The notes beneath the pieces are model-generated. The model was not told the origin of the DNA and ran no database searches. It was given only the letters and a program-made list of their open reading frames with translations. A program made the position numbers and the translations under genes. A DNA stretch of 64,000 nt, from the IMG/VR virus record IMGVR_UViG_3300046819_000361, one strand, 5' to 3'. This document shows, piece after piece, positions 15,518 through 26,198 of this stretch. The first letter of the stretch is position 1, and the number at the start of each line of letters is the position of its first letter. The DNA comes from a virus. Taxonomy: Duplodnaviria > Caudoviricetes.

Positions 15518-15798
15518 GCCCAGAAACAGTAAAGTTTTTTTCAGATACATTAACTCCGATACTCGGTAGTTGTGTTCTAGGTGCTTTTATCTTTACAGCA
15601 TTAAAGTTTGTATTAGGTGATATTATTACATCGGTAAAGTCATTAGCTGGTATTGTAATGGCATTAGAAAACAGGGTTAAAACCTGTTCACACGAACTTA
15701 TTAAAATCGACGTTACTATATCATCGGTATTGGGATTACGCCCAGATTTAGATAGGATTTCGAGAATGGACGGGAAGGTAGACGCTCGCCGAGACTAA
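15514..15798 (+). CDS. Small membrane protein, paralog 2
   Basis: TM; ENRVKT...IKID; ends DARRD. Confidence 0.7.
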   Translation: MSPETVKFFSDTLTPILGSCVLGAFIFTALKFVLGDIITSVKSLAGIVMALENRVKTCSHELIKIDVTISSVLGLRPDLDRISRMDGKVDARRD

Positions 15799-15834
15799 TT
15801 ATCGTAAAAACGACGCACTTGTATAAATATAGGT

Positions 15835-16452
15835 ATGAAAACAATTAATTATAGAAAAATATACGAACAACATTATGGAAAAATACCAAAAGATGAAAAC
15901 AATCGTTCATTTCAAATTCATCATATTGATGGAAATAGAAATAACAATGATATAACTAATTTATTGTGTGTTTCAATACAAGAACATTACGATATACATT
16001 ATAAACAACAAGATTGGGGTGCGTGTTACCTTATTGGAAGAAAGATGAGAATACCGGTAAGTGAATTATCTGAACTAGTTAGGAATCAACAATATGTTAG
16101 GATAGCAAATGGAACACATAATTTACTCGGAGCAAATAACCCTGTTCATGCAAGAGTAGCTAATGGAACACATAATTTCCTTAAAGAAAATAGGTCACAA
16201 GAAGTTTGGAATAAAGGGAAGACTAAAGAAACTGATTCAAGGGTTCGTAAAAATGCTGAATCCCGATCAAAAGTTAGATATAGTGAAGAAACTAAACAAG
16301 CCTTTAGAAAGCCAAAATCTGAGGCAGGGAAAATTAATATGAGATTAGGACAGTTGGGAAAAAAGTATCCTAAAATACAATGTTCTTGTTGCGGTAAAGA
16401 AATACCATCGAATGCAATGGCTTCTCATATGAGAACACATACTAGGAAATAA
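15835..16452 (+). CDS. HNH homing endonuclease (NUMOD-like tail)
   Basis: IHHIDGNRNNNDITNL...EH; WNKGKT; TATAAATA at 15822-15829. Confidence 0.88.
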   Translation: MKTINYRKIYEQHYGKIPKDENNRSFQIHHIDGNRNNNDITNLLCVSIQEHYDIHYKQQDWGACYLIGRKMRIPVSELSELVRNQQYVRIANGTHNLLGANNPVHARVANGTHNFLKENRSQEVWNKGKTKETDSRVRKNAESRSKVRYSEETKQAFRKPKSEAGKINMRLGQLGKKYPKIQCSCCGKEIPSNAMASHMRTHTRK

Positions 16453-16456
16453 TTAG

Positions 16457-16735
16457 ATGGATATAACACAAATTGCTGATTTGATAAACCGATATGGATT
16501 TCCGATTATTGCGGCTGGGTATATGCTTCGGATGGTGAAATATGTGTGGTCATTCACTATTGATGAAATTAATCCTGTATTGGGGGAAGCAAGTAAAGAA
16601 TTAATTACATTAATTGATCGTATTAGATTACTTGATAATGATTTATTGCGACTTACAGCGAAGTTAAATACAGTATTGCAAATGCGTGAAAATGCACAAA
16701 AGCAACAAACAAGGGGTAGTAATGAGAGTAAGTGA
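16457..16735 (+). CDS. Small membrane protein, paralog 3
   Basis: YGFPIIAA TM; LIDRIRLLDNDLLRL. Confidence 0.7.
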   Translation: MDITQIADLINRYGFPIIAAGYMLRMVKYVWSFTIDEINPVLGEASKELITLIDRIRLLDNDLLRLTAKLNTVLQMRENAQKQQTRGSNESK

Positions 16736-17012
16736 ATTTATAAATGAAGATTGGCAAAAAGTAAATAAAAAAGACAATACGGATGGTATGAGTCAAAAAG
16801 CAGTTAATTCTTATAAACGGGAAAATCCTGGTTCTAAATTAAAAACAGCAGTTACTACTAAACCTAGTGAGATTAAGAAAGGAAGTAAAGATGCCAATCG
16901 AAGAAAAAGTTTTTGTGCAAGATCAAATGGACAAAAAAAGATGCATAACATAGATTGTTCAAGCACACCTGATAAGCCAATATGTAAAGCTCGTAAACGA
17001 TGGAATTGTTAA
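16722..17012 (+). CDS. Basic hypothetical protein, probably head-associated
   Basis: MRVSEFINED start; RRKSFCAR and RKRWNC motifs. Confidence 0.7.
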   Translation: MRVSEFINEDWQKVNKKDNTDGMSQKAVNSYKRENPGSKLKTAVTTKPSEIKKGSKDANRRKSFCARSNGQKKMHNIDCSSTPDKPICKARKRWNC

Positions 17013-17021
17013 GGAAACAAA

Positions 17022-17576
17022 ATGGGAATTGAAGATTTAGGATTAAAAGCAGCGAGGAAAGCTGAAGAAAAGCAAATATCCTCTGCTGGGGATAAAATCA
17101 AAAGTAGAGCTGGACTAGTAATTAATATTTTTGCTGCATTATTAGCTGCTAATACATATATCAGCGGAACATTGAACAGTACTATAATGAATAACACTAT
17201 TAAAGCTAATGATTTATGGAACTTTTATCAAGCAAAAAGTATGAAACAAACCATGTATGAATTAGCAGCATCAGATGCTGACACGCCTGAACTTTCTAAA
17301 AAGTTTTTAGATAAGGCTGCCAGTTATGAAAGTGATCCAACCACACGTGAAGGAAAACAGGAGTTATTAGAAGATGCCAAAGCTTTGGAAGAAGCACGTG
17401 ATGTTGCTAAAACAAAAACACCTTGGATTTCTTATGCGAGTTCAGCATATCAATTAGCCATTGTATTATTGTCAACCAGTATATTATCAGCTAACATCTA
17501 TTTGTTTTTTGGAAGTTTTATTGTGGCCGCCAGTGGTCTTGGACTAATGTTACAAGGAATATTTTTGTGGTGGTAA
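17022..17576 (+). CDS. DUF4337-like membrane protein
   Basis: ANDLWNFYQAKSMK motif, three TM segments. Confidence 0.7.
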   Translation: MGIEDLGLKAARKAEEKQISSAGDKIKSRAGLVINIFAALLAANTYISGTLNSTIMNNTIKANDLWNFYQAKSMKQTMYELAASDADTPELSKKFLDKAASYESDPTTREGKQELLEDAKALEEARDVAKTKTPWISYASSAYQLAIVLLSTSILSANIYLFFGSFIVAASGLGLMLQGIFLWW

Positions 17577-17629
17577 GAATTGCCGTAGGACCGTGACTCT
17601 GTTACGAAGGCGATAGGTATCTACTACCT

Positions 17630-17660
17630 TTGGAACGCTGATTCGCTACCAGCGTTCCAA
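17630..17660. terminator. Hairpin between convergent genes
   Basis: ttggaacgctg/cagcgttccaa 11-bp stem. Confidence 0.55.
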
Positions 17661-17671
17661 GAAGTGTAGTA

Positions 17672-19741
17672 TTACTTACTAGTGGCAACAAATGTGCCAT
17701 CCCAATCTTCTGGTAATGAATTACTGTTTTTGTATTCAGCAATACGATCAATCATCATTTCATAATAATGATCCATGTCACCATCAAACTCACATAATAA
17801 TTGTTTACACATTTCAGAAGCCACATCCCAATGTTTGCTTCGATAGGTATTTAACATTTGGTTGTGGTAAGATAATGCTGGATAATAATAATCATCATGA
17901 TTAAAATCATCCAAATGGCTTAACACAGTAAAAATGTGTACTCCTTCTTTCTTACCTTTTACCGCGATTTTATCAAGTTCGATTATAAAGTATTCGTCTT
18001 TGATATAGTCTGCTGTCTTCGTGCCCAGAACGATTTTGACGCCGTATGGCTTGCTTTGGCCTTCAAGACGTGAAGCGAGGTTAACCCCATCTCCAAGGCA
18101 AGTATAATCAAAGCGCTGATTGCTACCCATATTACCAACAACGACAGTATCAGTGTTAATACCAAGTCCCATACCGAATGCAGGTACCCCCTCTTTCTCG
18201 ATCTCATCATTAAACTCCTTTAAGTTAATTAACATTTGTAATGCTGTTTTTACAGCATGTTTTGCATGATCGGGGTCATCTAGTGGGGCATTCCAAAACG
18301 CCATTTGAGCATCGCCGATATATTTGTCTAATGTTCCATCGTTTTCAATGATTTTTGCGGTCATAGCAGTCATATAACGGTTCATTATTTGTGTCAATCC
18401 TTGTACATTTTTACCATAATGTTCTGAAATAGATGTGAATCCACGTACATCTGTAAACATAATTGAAAGTTCACGTGACTCACCGCCTAATGTTAATAAT
18501 TCAGGATTTTTCTGTAATTTTTCTACTAAAGCAGGGCTTAAATAAGTGCCAAATTGTTTTTTAATTTGTTGCTTTTGAAAGAATTCACTGAGGAATTTAA
18601 CACCGTAAGCATGTAAACCAACCAACACTATACCACTTACGAAAGCAGTTATGTCAAACAGATACAAATATGTTAAAAATACATAGTGACTGGCGAATAC
18701 GGCACCAACTGACAGTGCAATTATTGATGCTAGCCCAATATAAATCCATCTAGTGAGGAATAACAATATAGTACCAGTTATTAATAATACTAATACCTCC
18801 ACGCCATCTGCATAATCAGGGCGTTGGATAACAACCCCATTCATCATTGTTCCTATTACTGCTGCTTGTGCTTCATGTGGAAAGATAGCACCATTGGCAG
18901 TTGGTATTGGGTTACCAATCCCTGCTGCGGTTGGTCCAACAATGACGATCCCACCAATAAAATCGTAATCATCTGTGATAGTATTTAAACCTTTGTTGAT
19001 AGACTTCTGACTCCAATCAATCCAGATACGGCCTAAATTATCAGTAGTGATCGGTCCAAATTTAGGAATTCTCAGTTTTTCAACGCCATTTTCATTTAGT
19101 TTGATTTGGAATGTAGTATCACCAGCCGCAACCCGTAACGTTTCTAAACCTAACGATGGGTATAACTTATCCTTAACTGAAACCACTAATGGCATTCTAC
19201 GATTAACCCCGTCTATTTCTGGTAAGGTATTAACTGTGCCAACGCCTGCTGCTTCATCATTCAATATTTCAATATTTGAAATGATACCTGGGTATTGAAT
19301 TATTCTATCAAGGAAATCTGGGCCTAATACAGCCGCACCTGGTACTCTTGGGGTATTTTTAGTAAAATCAGCTGGTATGCTTGGTAAAATAACCAAGTTA
19401 TTTTTTAATGTATTAGATAATACTTTATCCCCGCCCTGACGGTCAGGTTCTGGCATCAAAACGTTAAAAACGACCAACCCAGCGTTATGCTTATATAGAT
19501 CTTCGATTATTTGAGCATATATATCGCGTTTAAATGGCCATTGTCCATACTTATCTAATGAGTTTTCATCGATATTAATAGTATAAATTGGATTATTTGT
19601 GATAGGTTTTGCTGAAATAAGCGTGTCAAAATATCGTAATCTAACACTTTCCACAAATTCTGGATCAGAAATTCGAACACTTAATATTACAATCAATGTT
19701 AATAATGCCGTCCAAGGGTTTAATAATATTTTTTTAATCAT
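17672..19741 (-). CDS. CHASE2-domain class III adenylate/guanylate cyclase
   Basis: GQWPFKR CHASE2, three TMs, FTDVRGFT, DKYIGDA, GDGVNLASRLEG. Confidence 0.93.
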   Translation of the reverse strand: MIKKILLNPWTALLTLIVILSVRISDPEFVESVRLRYFDTLISAKPITNNPIYTINIDENSLDKYGQWPFKRDIYAQIIEDLYKHNAGLVVFNVLMPEPDRQGGDKVLSNTLKNNLVILPSIPADFTKNTPRVPGAAVLGPDFLDRIIQYPGIISNIEILNDEAAGVGTVNTLPEIDGVNRRMPLVVSVKDKLYPSLGLETLRVAAGDTTFQIKLNENGVEKLRIPKFGPITTDNLGRIWIDWSQKSINKGLNTITDDYDFIGGIVIVGPTAAGIGNPIPTANGAIFPHEAQAAVIGTMMNGVVIQRPDYADGVEVLVLLITGTILLFLTRWIYIGLASIIALSVGAVFASHYVFLTYLYLFDITAFVSGIVLVGLHAYGVKFLSEFFQKQQIKKQFGTYLSPALVEKLQKNPELLTLGGESRELSIMFTDVRGFTSISEHYGKNVQGLTQIMNRYMTAMTAKIIENDGTLDKYIGDAQMAFWNAPLDDPDHAKHAVKTALQMLINLKEFNDEIEKEGVPAFGMGLGINTDTVVVGNMGSNQRFDYTCLGDGVNLASRLEGQSKPYGVKIVLGTKTADYIKDEYFIIELDKIAVKGKKEGVHIFTVLSHLDDFNHDDYYYPALSYHNQMLNTYRSKHWDVASEMCKQLLCEFDGDMDHYYEMMIDRIAEYKNSNSLPEDWDGTFVATSK

Positions 19742-20607
19742 AACATATTTTCTATATAGTTTACAATGTGGTCTGCGACATTAACATTACAATATTGGTT
19801 AAATCCGCTAAATCCTGGGTTTGAATTTGCTTCACACACAACAAATCCTTCTTTTGTAAAAAGCAAATCAATACCGGCTATGTCTAATCCTAGCACATCT
19901 GCTGTGTCAATTGCAATCTCTTCTATTTCTGGGGTAACTTCGTATTTCTCGCCAGTCCCACCATTTGATATATTGGCTCTAAAGTCATTTTTTGGTGCGG
20001 TTCTTTTCATTGCGCCCAGAACTTTGCCACCAACCACAAACACTCTTAAATCCTCACCTGGGCGATCACCAATATACTCTTGTGCAATTAATGTTTTTTC
20101 ATTATGAAGTGCATCTACGAATTCGATAATTCTAGTATATTCGAGCTCGGATTGACATAGGTATACCCCTTCACCAAAACTACCAACTACTACTTTGATT
20201 ACACAAGGAAATCCAATTGTAGTGGCCACTAAATTATTTGTTATTGGAAACTTGACCACCATTGTGGTTGGTACTGGGATATTATTGCGGCTTAATATTT
20301 CACTAGTTTGAAATTTATCCTGGACTATATTAATACTTTCACTTGAATTAATGCATGGAATATTGGCTAATTCGAAGTATCTGATAACCGATAGTTCTGA
20401 ACGGGTAATACCAGCACCCAATCTTACTAACACTATTTTTGGTAGATCGAATTTAATTCCTTGATAATAAATACCGTCATTGATTACAATATCAAATAAA
20501 TTAAAATTACAGACTTTTACAGTTATATTCTTATCCACAAAACTCTCTAATAATTTTAGAGTTTCAAAATCGTGGGTTGCGTGTTTAGTTAGTATTAAAA
20601 CTGACAT
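19738..20607 (-). CDS. rimK: RimK-family ATP-grasp ligase
   Basis: DKFQT, GSFGEGV, QEYI, DLRVFVVGG, FRANISNGG, EANSNPG. Confidence 0.85.
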   Translation of the reverse strand: MSVLILTKHATHDFETLKLLESFVDKNITVKVCNFNLFDIVINDGIYYQGIKFDLPKIVLVRLGAGITRSELSVIRYFELANIPCINSSESINIVQDKFQTSEILSRNNIPVPTTMVVKFPITNNLVATTIGFPCVIKVVVGSFGEGVYLCQSELEYTRIIEFVDALHNEKTLIAQEYIGDRPGEDLRVFVVGGKVLGAMKRTAPKNDFRANISNGGTGEKYEVTPEIEEIAIDTADVLGLDIAGIDLLFTKEGFVVCEANSNPGFSGFNQYCNVNVADHIVNYIENML

Positions 20608-20642
20608 GGGTTTCCTATATATTAAACTGTATTTATTTAGAA

Positions 20643-21752
20643 TTATTGCTGAACTGAAATTTTAGCACATCCTCCTAGTGTCGCACAATTGAAATTTATA
20701 GAATATGACTGATTGGTATTGCCGCTTTGTGAAAGACTGAGATCAGTTGGCTGCCCTGATATTATGATCTTGGCCATATGATTTCCTGATCCTTGTTGTA
20801 ATGTATCTACGTTTTTATTATTGCCATTCAATTCAATTTCAAGGTAATGATTTCCGTTATCTTTTTGTTGAGATAATAATGAGTTATTATCACCATTAAT
20901 TTTAGAAAATATTCCCTTATCTCCGCCCGAACTGAGTTGTAATATAGAAGCGTTGTTATTATTGCCTAAAATAATTAATTCTGTGTAATTCGTACCAGAT
21001 ATTGATGACAAAGTTTCGTCAATATTAACAGTATTATTAGATCCAACACCATAGTAATTAACAAAATTATTTTTAGACCCAGATTGAGTAATTGTTATTG
21101 TATTTAAATCACCAATTTGCTCGATATAAACCTGTGTATCAGATGTTGCTCGGTTTATAAATGATTGGACATTTGCGGCATTTACCGTATTTGTATTGAA
21201 TTGAAATGATGACCCGCCACAGCACAATGGTGGTACAAAATAGCTAGGAGAGGTAGCTAAATTGTTAGTAGGTACAACTACTATTCCGGACCCAACATCC
21301 CAATTTAGTTGAATAACTGCACCCCCTCCATTCTCATACCACCACACATCTATAGTGTACACTTGTCCTGAAGTCAGCGTAATACTCCCAGAACCATTAA
21401 AATTTGCTGGTCCTTGTTCAATCCAATTGTTAATAACAGTGGTGTTATTGATTGACATATAGAATCCATCATCACTTCTGTTATAGAAAGTTATTGTTTT
21501 ATTGCCTGACGGACCTGGCCATAAAATGTTTCCTGTAAAATGAACTAGTACACCATCTGTGCGTCCTGAATCCATGACTACACCACTGCCCCAATTATAA
21601 TTTAATGATGGGACTATACCGGATGATAGAATGGTTCTATTGGTTGTTCTGGTAGGTGTTGCGCCTCCTGCGGCATACGCAACATATTCGAGGCCGAGTA
21701 CTCCATCTGCTAATACACGAAATGATATCAAAAACAATAATATATATTTCAT
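20643..21752 (-). CDS. Secreted PA14-domain protein with curlin-like repeats
   Basis: SDDG and YENGGGA PA14 motifs; Q.G..N repeats. Confidence 0.8.
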   Translation of the reverse strand: MKYILLFLISFRVLADGVLGLEYVAYAAGGATPTRTTNRTILSSGIVPSLNYNWGSGVVMDSGRTDGVLVHFTGNILWPGPSGNKTITFYNRSDDGFYMSINNTTVINNWIEQGPANFNGSGSITLTSGQVYTIDVWWYENGGGAVIQLNWDVGSGIVVVPTNNLATSPSYFVPPLCCGGSSFQFNTNTVNAANVQSFINRATSDTQVYIEQIGDLNTITITQSGSKNNFVNYYGVGSNNTVNIDETLSSISGTNYTELIILGNNNNASILQLSSGGDKGIFSKINGDNNSLLSQQKDNGNHYLEIELNGNNKNVDTLQQGSGNHMAKIIISGQPTDLSLSQSGNTNQSYSINFNCATLGGCAKISVQQ

Positions 21753-22846
21753 TTTATTTGTATTACTCCAGTATTTTGTGTAATAGTCACTATATTTCCA
21801 CCTGGGCTACCATCACCTATAATGGTTGATGCTGATACACTATTTTGAATAATATTAATTGTAGTATTAGAATTAAATCCTTGTGTTTTTATTTCAGAAT
21901 AATGTTCAAACGGTGCAATTCGAAAAGCTGTCCCTTTGCCACGATCTCTGATATCATCATTATTTTTATCCCACGCAACGCATATACTTGTAACCGCATT
22001 ACACCCTAATTTACCAGCAGCTGCCATCATTGCTAGAATCCTTGCTTGTTCAATTTCCTCGCCGCTTTTTGAAACTTGAATTGCAACCCTACGTGCGGCT
22101 TCGGCTTCTATTTCTTCTAATTCCTTATCTCTTGGGGATTTCATTACTTCTTTCATAACTCTCTGTACTTCTAATGGTTTTACGATAATCAGATTATTGG
22201 TTATTTTCGACTCAATTATATTAATTGATGTAGCCGGGGTTGGTGAGATGGTTGCACTTTGTACAAATGTAGCTTGAAATGCTTCGTCAAGAATTACTTT
22301 TCCAGCCAATGTTTCTACTTCAATTTTCCCTACTTTGCAGGTATTTTCAGCTAATTCGTATTTTTTGATATCTTTTTCATCCTTGCAGCTCGGGACTAAA
22401 ACGATTAAACTTTGTCCAGATTCATCAACTGTCATAGTGAAATCAGTTCCCCTAACCGCAATTGTGGCAGCTGGCGTTTTAATATTTACTTGTTGTGGGT
22501 TATTTTTTGCAATTTGACCTGATGCATATCTTACTGTACCCATACCAACTTTTAATGCTAGTTTACTTGCATCGCTAGCTTTTGGATCGAAAACAAAATC
22601 ATCAATTAAAAGCCGACTATTTTCTGTAACTTTTACTTTAGTATCGTCTTTGAATGTTATATTACTGGTACAACTGCCAGTAATATAAACATCCATACTT
22701 TCTATAATAACACCTTTATCCCCAGGAATATTCTTTTTATTTCTTTCAATTTTACACCCATTGCTCGTGGCATCGGTTACTGTCCCTATACCAGCATAAG
22801 CAACTTGTGATGATAATAACAAAATTATTACCGGAATTATATGCAT
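21749..22846 (-). CDS. FecR-domain protein
   Basis: TPAATIAVRGTDF motif, signal peptide. Confidence 0.8.
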   Translation of the reverse strand: MHIIPVIILLLSSQVAYAGIGTVTDATSNGCKIERNKKNIPGDKGVIIESMDVYITGSCTSNITFKDDTKVKVTENSRLLIDDFVFDPKASDASKLALKVGMGTVRYASGQIAKNNPQQVNIKTPAATIAVRGTDFTMTVDESGQSLIVLVPSCKDEKDIKKYELAENTCKVGKIEVETLAGKVILDEAFQATFVQSATISPTPATSINIIESKITNNLIIVKPLEVQRVMKEVMKSPRDKELEEIEAEAARRVAIQVSKSGEEIEQARILAMMAAAGKLGCNAVTSICVAWDKNNDDIRDRGKGTAFRIAPFEHYSEIKTQGFNSNTTINIIQNSVSASTIIGDGSPGGNIVTITQNTGVIQIK

Positions 22847-22848
22847 AA

Positions 22849-23646
22849 CTATCTTGCTATAGCGGCTTGTGCATTTACTATTGTACTTGAGCTAGATCTA
22901 ACCGTGATTGTATTATTATCACCTGATGTCTTGATATCAATAGTAGTGTCATTCGTTCCTTGTTGTTGAGTGGTGATAGCATTAAAATTACCAACAATTA
23001 CTTCTTTTAAATTGTGACCAATAGCCCCAGCGACATCACTTTGCTCGACGTTTAACAAATTACTATTTCCCGTGATGCTTATATCAGACACACCATTAGT
23101 ACTTAAAAGATTTTCTGTGACCTGATTACTATTGCCCGTAATTCCTAAAGTACTAGAAATATAATTGCCTATGATATTTTGGATAACTGAGTTTGAATTG
23201 CCAGTAATAGTTTCGGTGATAACAACATGATGATTATCTGTATGATTGGTATCACCGATCACTAATCTATTATTGTTATCATTCCCAGTAACAGTATTTG
23301 AATAGCGATTGTTACTTCCTCTGATGATATATTGTGCCCAGTTGTTATTCCCGTGTTGTGTCATTGACAGTGTATTGCTGCCACCATTGATAGTGGCATA
23401 ATTAGATGCACTTGGTGCATCTGGTACATTTGTAACCACATTTGTATTGGCATCAGTTGTGATAGTTCCAGATATACCTCCTATATTATTGGTGCCGCCT
23501 ACCTGTTCGATTGTAATAACATTAGTATTGCCTAATTGTTCCATGAACACATTATTGGGACCAGTTGCAGTGCCGGTTGCTAATAATAATGATGAAAAAG
23601 ATACCATTAATGATGCTATTAAATAATTAATTATTTTTCGTTTCAT
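22849..23646 (-). CDS. Curlin-repeat (CsgA/CsgB-like) protein
   Basis: Signal peptide; many Q/I.G..N repeats. Confidence 0.75.
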   Translation of the reverse strand: MKRKIINYLIASLMVSFSSLLLATGTATGPNNVFMEQLGNTNVITIEQVGGTNNIGGISGTITTDANTNVVTNVPDAPSASNYATINGGSNTLSMTQHGNNNWAQYIIRGSNNRYSNTVTGNDNNNRLVIGDTNHTDNHHVVITETITGNSNSVIQNIIGNYISSTLGITGNSNQVTENLLSTNGVSDISITGNSNLLNVEQSDVAGAIGHNLKEVIVGNFNAITTQQQGTNDTTIDIKTSGDNNTITVRSSSSTIVNAQAAIAR

Positions 23647-24461
23647 TTCCTTTGCTCCATTGTTGATTTAAACGCCCAGTGACCTTTACGAGCGCCTTCA
23701 CGAACTGTATCTACAACTGCGGCTTGGATAGCTTTATTAGTTGCTCTATTAATACTTTCGTTTATGCTACCACCTATTTCTGCTTCTAATGCTTTGGTGT
23801 CGGCGGCAATGAATCTCAATACACCAAATTTATCCATATAACTTAACACTGTTTTTGTTACGGTGACCGATGTTAAAATCTCGCCTGATGTAACTGATAC
23901 AGTCCGCAGACTCACAGTAACTGTGTCACTTTGATATTGTGTTTCGCCTCCGATTCCAAAAATCCGAACCCCAGCACCCCCTGTCAACGTATTGGAATCA
24001 TAACCGACAATTGCCCCTTCTGCTATAACCCCTGCGAATAACATAGCTGGTAATGCTTGTGCATCTTTACCTTGGAATTGCTCACGAGCTTGCCTAATCA
24101 TCTGTCGTTCTTTGATCAAGTTATCCAACCCAACTCGTTCAACCACTGTGAACCATCTAGCATCACCCACATCTTGTAATGCTTTAATCAAGTAGTTCTC
24201 AGCACCTTGCGTGACCGCAGAACTTAAACTGGCAATATTTGGCATTGATTTTCTTTGACCAGTTTTATCAGTAAACCCGTAAACTGCGATGGGGATAGAT
24301 CCAGATGATGGTGGATCTAATTTGTTTTCATCTTTTAATAAAAAAATACTTTGCTCGATAATCGGATTGTCAAATTGTTCACCTGTGATAAATTTGTTTA
24401 TAGCACTGCTGGTAGCACACCCTTGTAATAATATCATTGATAAAATAATAATTTTGTTCAT
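23643..24461 (-). CDS. csgG: Curli secretion channel CsgG
   Basis: LQGC lipobox; F.DKTGQRK, SSAVTQGA, WF.VVER.GLDNLIKERQ. Confidence 0.9.
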   Translation of the reverse strand: MNKIIILSMILLQGCATSSAINKFITGEQFDNPIIEQSIFLLKDENKLDPPSSGSIPIAVYGFTDKTGQRKSMPNIASLSSAVTQGAENYLIKALQDVGDARWFTVVERVGLDNLIKERQMIRQAREQFQGKDAQALPAMLFAGVIAEGAIVGYDSNTLTGGAGVRIFGIGGETQYQSDTVTVSLRTVSVTSGEILTSVTVTKTVLSYMDKFGVLRFIAADTKALEAEIGGSINESINRATNKAIQAAVVDTVREGARKGHWAFKSTMEQRK

Positions 24462-24463
24462 AA

Positions 24464-24943
24464 TTAGAAATAAAATGACCCAGATGGTACTTTCATTGAT
24501 GTGGATTGAGATGGGTTTGAGTTATTAGTGATATTAATAATAATCAATCCTTGATCCAATCCAGCGCCTAAACTCCAAGTGACACTATTGCCGCCTAAAT
24601 CTGGCATTGTTCCGCATACTGCTCCTGGTGTGGTGCATGTTGATCCTTCACTAAACATAGAGTCAGTTAATTGTTTAGCTAATTGTGAGTAAATTCTAGA
24701 TTCTAAATTTGCTAAAAATTTAGCTTGTGGAGTATTTTGAGCATCAGATAATATCTTTGTACGTAATGCATCCGCAGCAGCTTTATTTTTATCAGATGCT
24801 TGCGTTTCTAATTGATTTAGTGTTAACGCATGTGAGCTAAATCCAATGCCACTAAATGCTGGACTATTAAACGTGTGCTGTAATTCGGATGAATTTACAG
24901 ATAATGCTACAATTAATAATGAAAAACCTAGTACTTTGGTCAT
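24464..24943 (-). CDS. csgF: CsgF-like curli assembly protein
   Basis: F.SPAFSG N-terminus; LESRIYSQLAKQL; adjacent to csgG. Confidence 0.75.
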   Translation of the reverse strand: MTKVLGFSLLIVALSVNSSELQHTFNSPAFSGIGFSSHALTLNQLETQASDKNKAAADALRTKILSDAQNTPQAKFLANLESRIYSQLAKQLTDSMFSEGSTCTTPGAVCGTMPDLGGNSVTWSLGAGLDQGLIIINITNNSNPSQSTSMKVPSGSFYF

Positions 24944-24997
24944 GAATGTACCCCCTTATCGTATTTAAATAAAGGAATGCCAAAATAATACTAGAAG

Positions 24998-25669
24998 TTA
25001 ATCTATTGGAAACAAACACTGTGTTACATAGATAGATGCTTGATCTTCTGTCAGACCTAAATTCATTAGAACTTTGGGATTGTGTGGGTTAAGCCGTTGA
25101 TTTTCAATATAAAACCTATGTTTATCTGAAATATCAAGAACTGTGTGATTGGTATCTTTTAATGATATAAGATATGTTAGCAGGGTGGATGAAATGGTAG
25201 ACACTATTTGAGATATCTCAGAATCTAGTTGAATATTACCAGCGGCAATTATCGATTCTGAGAAAATACGTTTACCCCAATCTGGTAATTCTCTTTTTTT
25301 ATTCCATGATAATTTATTTGATTCTTCGTCAAACCAAGATGATAATGGGTGATTACTAATGACGGGGCTAAAATCATGAAAACACCCAGTTATTTTATTT
25401 CTACCGGCAAACACATCAAACCCAAAAATTGGTGCAGGGTTATGATAATGTGGATAAATGCAGCAATGCATCATCCATAACCCACGAGTATCCATTGTAT
25501 CAATAACATTGATATGTGCTTTTCTATATAAATCAGAAACCCAGGTGGTATTACACCAACCTGGGTTATTGAATTGCTCAATTGATGAAGCAGAAATTTT
25601 TCCTGATTCATCGAGCTGGTGTGTGAATAACTGCTGAATGCTATTTAACGAATCCAGCAGTTTATTCAT
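24998..25669 (-). CDS. Ferredoxin-dependent bilin reductase (PcyA/PcyX-like)
   Basis: LWMMHCCIYP, PIFGFD, FHDFSP, RELPDWG..IFS, Q.LNPH. Confidence 0.8.
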   Translation of the reverse strand: MNKLLDSLNSIQQLFTHQLDESGKISASSIEQFNNPGWCNTTWVSDLYRKAHINVIDTMDTRGLWMMHCCIYPHYHNPAPIFGFDVFAGRNKITGCFHDFSPVISNHPLSSWFDEESNKLSWNKKRELPDWGKRIFSESIIAAGNIQLDSEISQIVSTISSTLLTYLISLKDTNHTVLDISDKHRFYIENQRLNPHNPKVLMNLGLTEDQASIYVTQCLFPID

Positions 25670-26198
25670 GTAACGCCTTCATGATTTTTATTGCCCATTC
25701 AAACGCAACTCTAGCCTCATCACCTAAATCATCTGTCATTTCTGCTCTAATTGCATTTCTTAATCCGTCTACGTCATCAAACTGGTAGAATTTTCCAGAA
25801 CCAGGTGTTGTTTTTGCGATGTATTGCCCACCGTATAAATCCCCCGTGTGACGAACATATAAATGTGCTTTTATTAAATGTCTACGTGTCGGATCATTCA
25901 ATAAATCTACTACATATTGATTATAAGCCATCGTTTCTGGTAAAAACGCATAATGTGTATTGACATCACGCAATTCAATAAAATCTTGGTAAATTCCAGG
26001 TAAACGTTCAATACCTGGTAAGTTATCAAAAAACCCTAATATTTTACACCCAAATTCTACAGGTCCGTATGCAGCCATCATCTGATATAGATAATTTGTA
26101 TACAATTCTTGTGAAATTTTACCGGTTAATAGTAATTTTGCAAAAGATGTTTTTTCAGCTTCCGTGTGCAAATCTTTGGTGATCTCTTTTAAACTCAT
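25662..26198 (-). CDS. Heme oxygenase
   Basis: LKE.T..LH..AE, HLYVRHTGDLYGGQ. Confidence 0.88.
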   Translation of the reverse strand: MSLKEITKDLHTEAEKTSFAKLLLTGKISQELYTNYLYQMMAAYGPVEFGCKILGFFDNLPGIERLPGIYQDFIELRDVNTHYAFLPETMAYNQYVVDLLNDPTRRHLIKAHLYVRHTGDLYGGQYIAKTTPGSGKFYQFDDVDGLRNAIRAEMTDDLGDEARVAFEWAIKIMKALHE

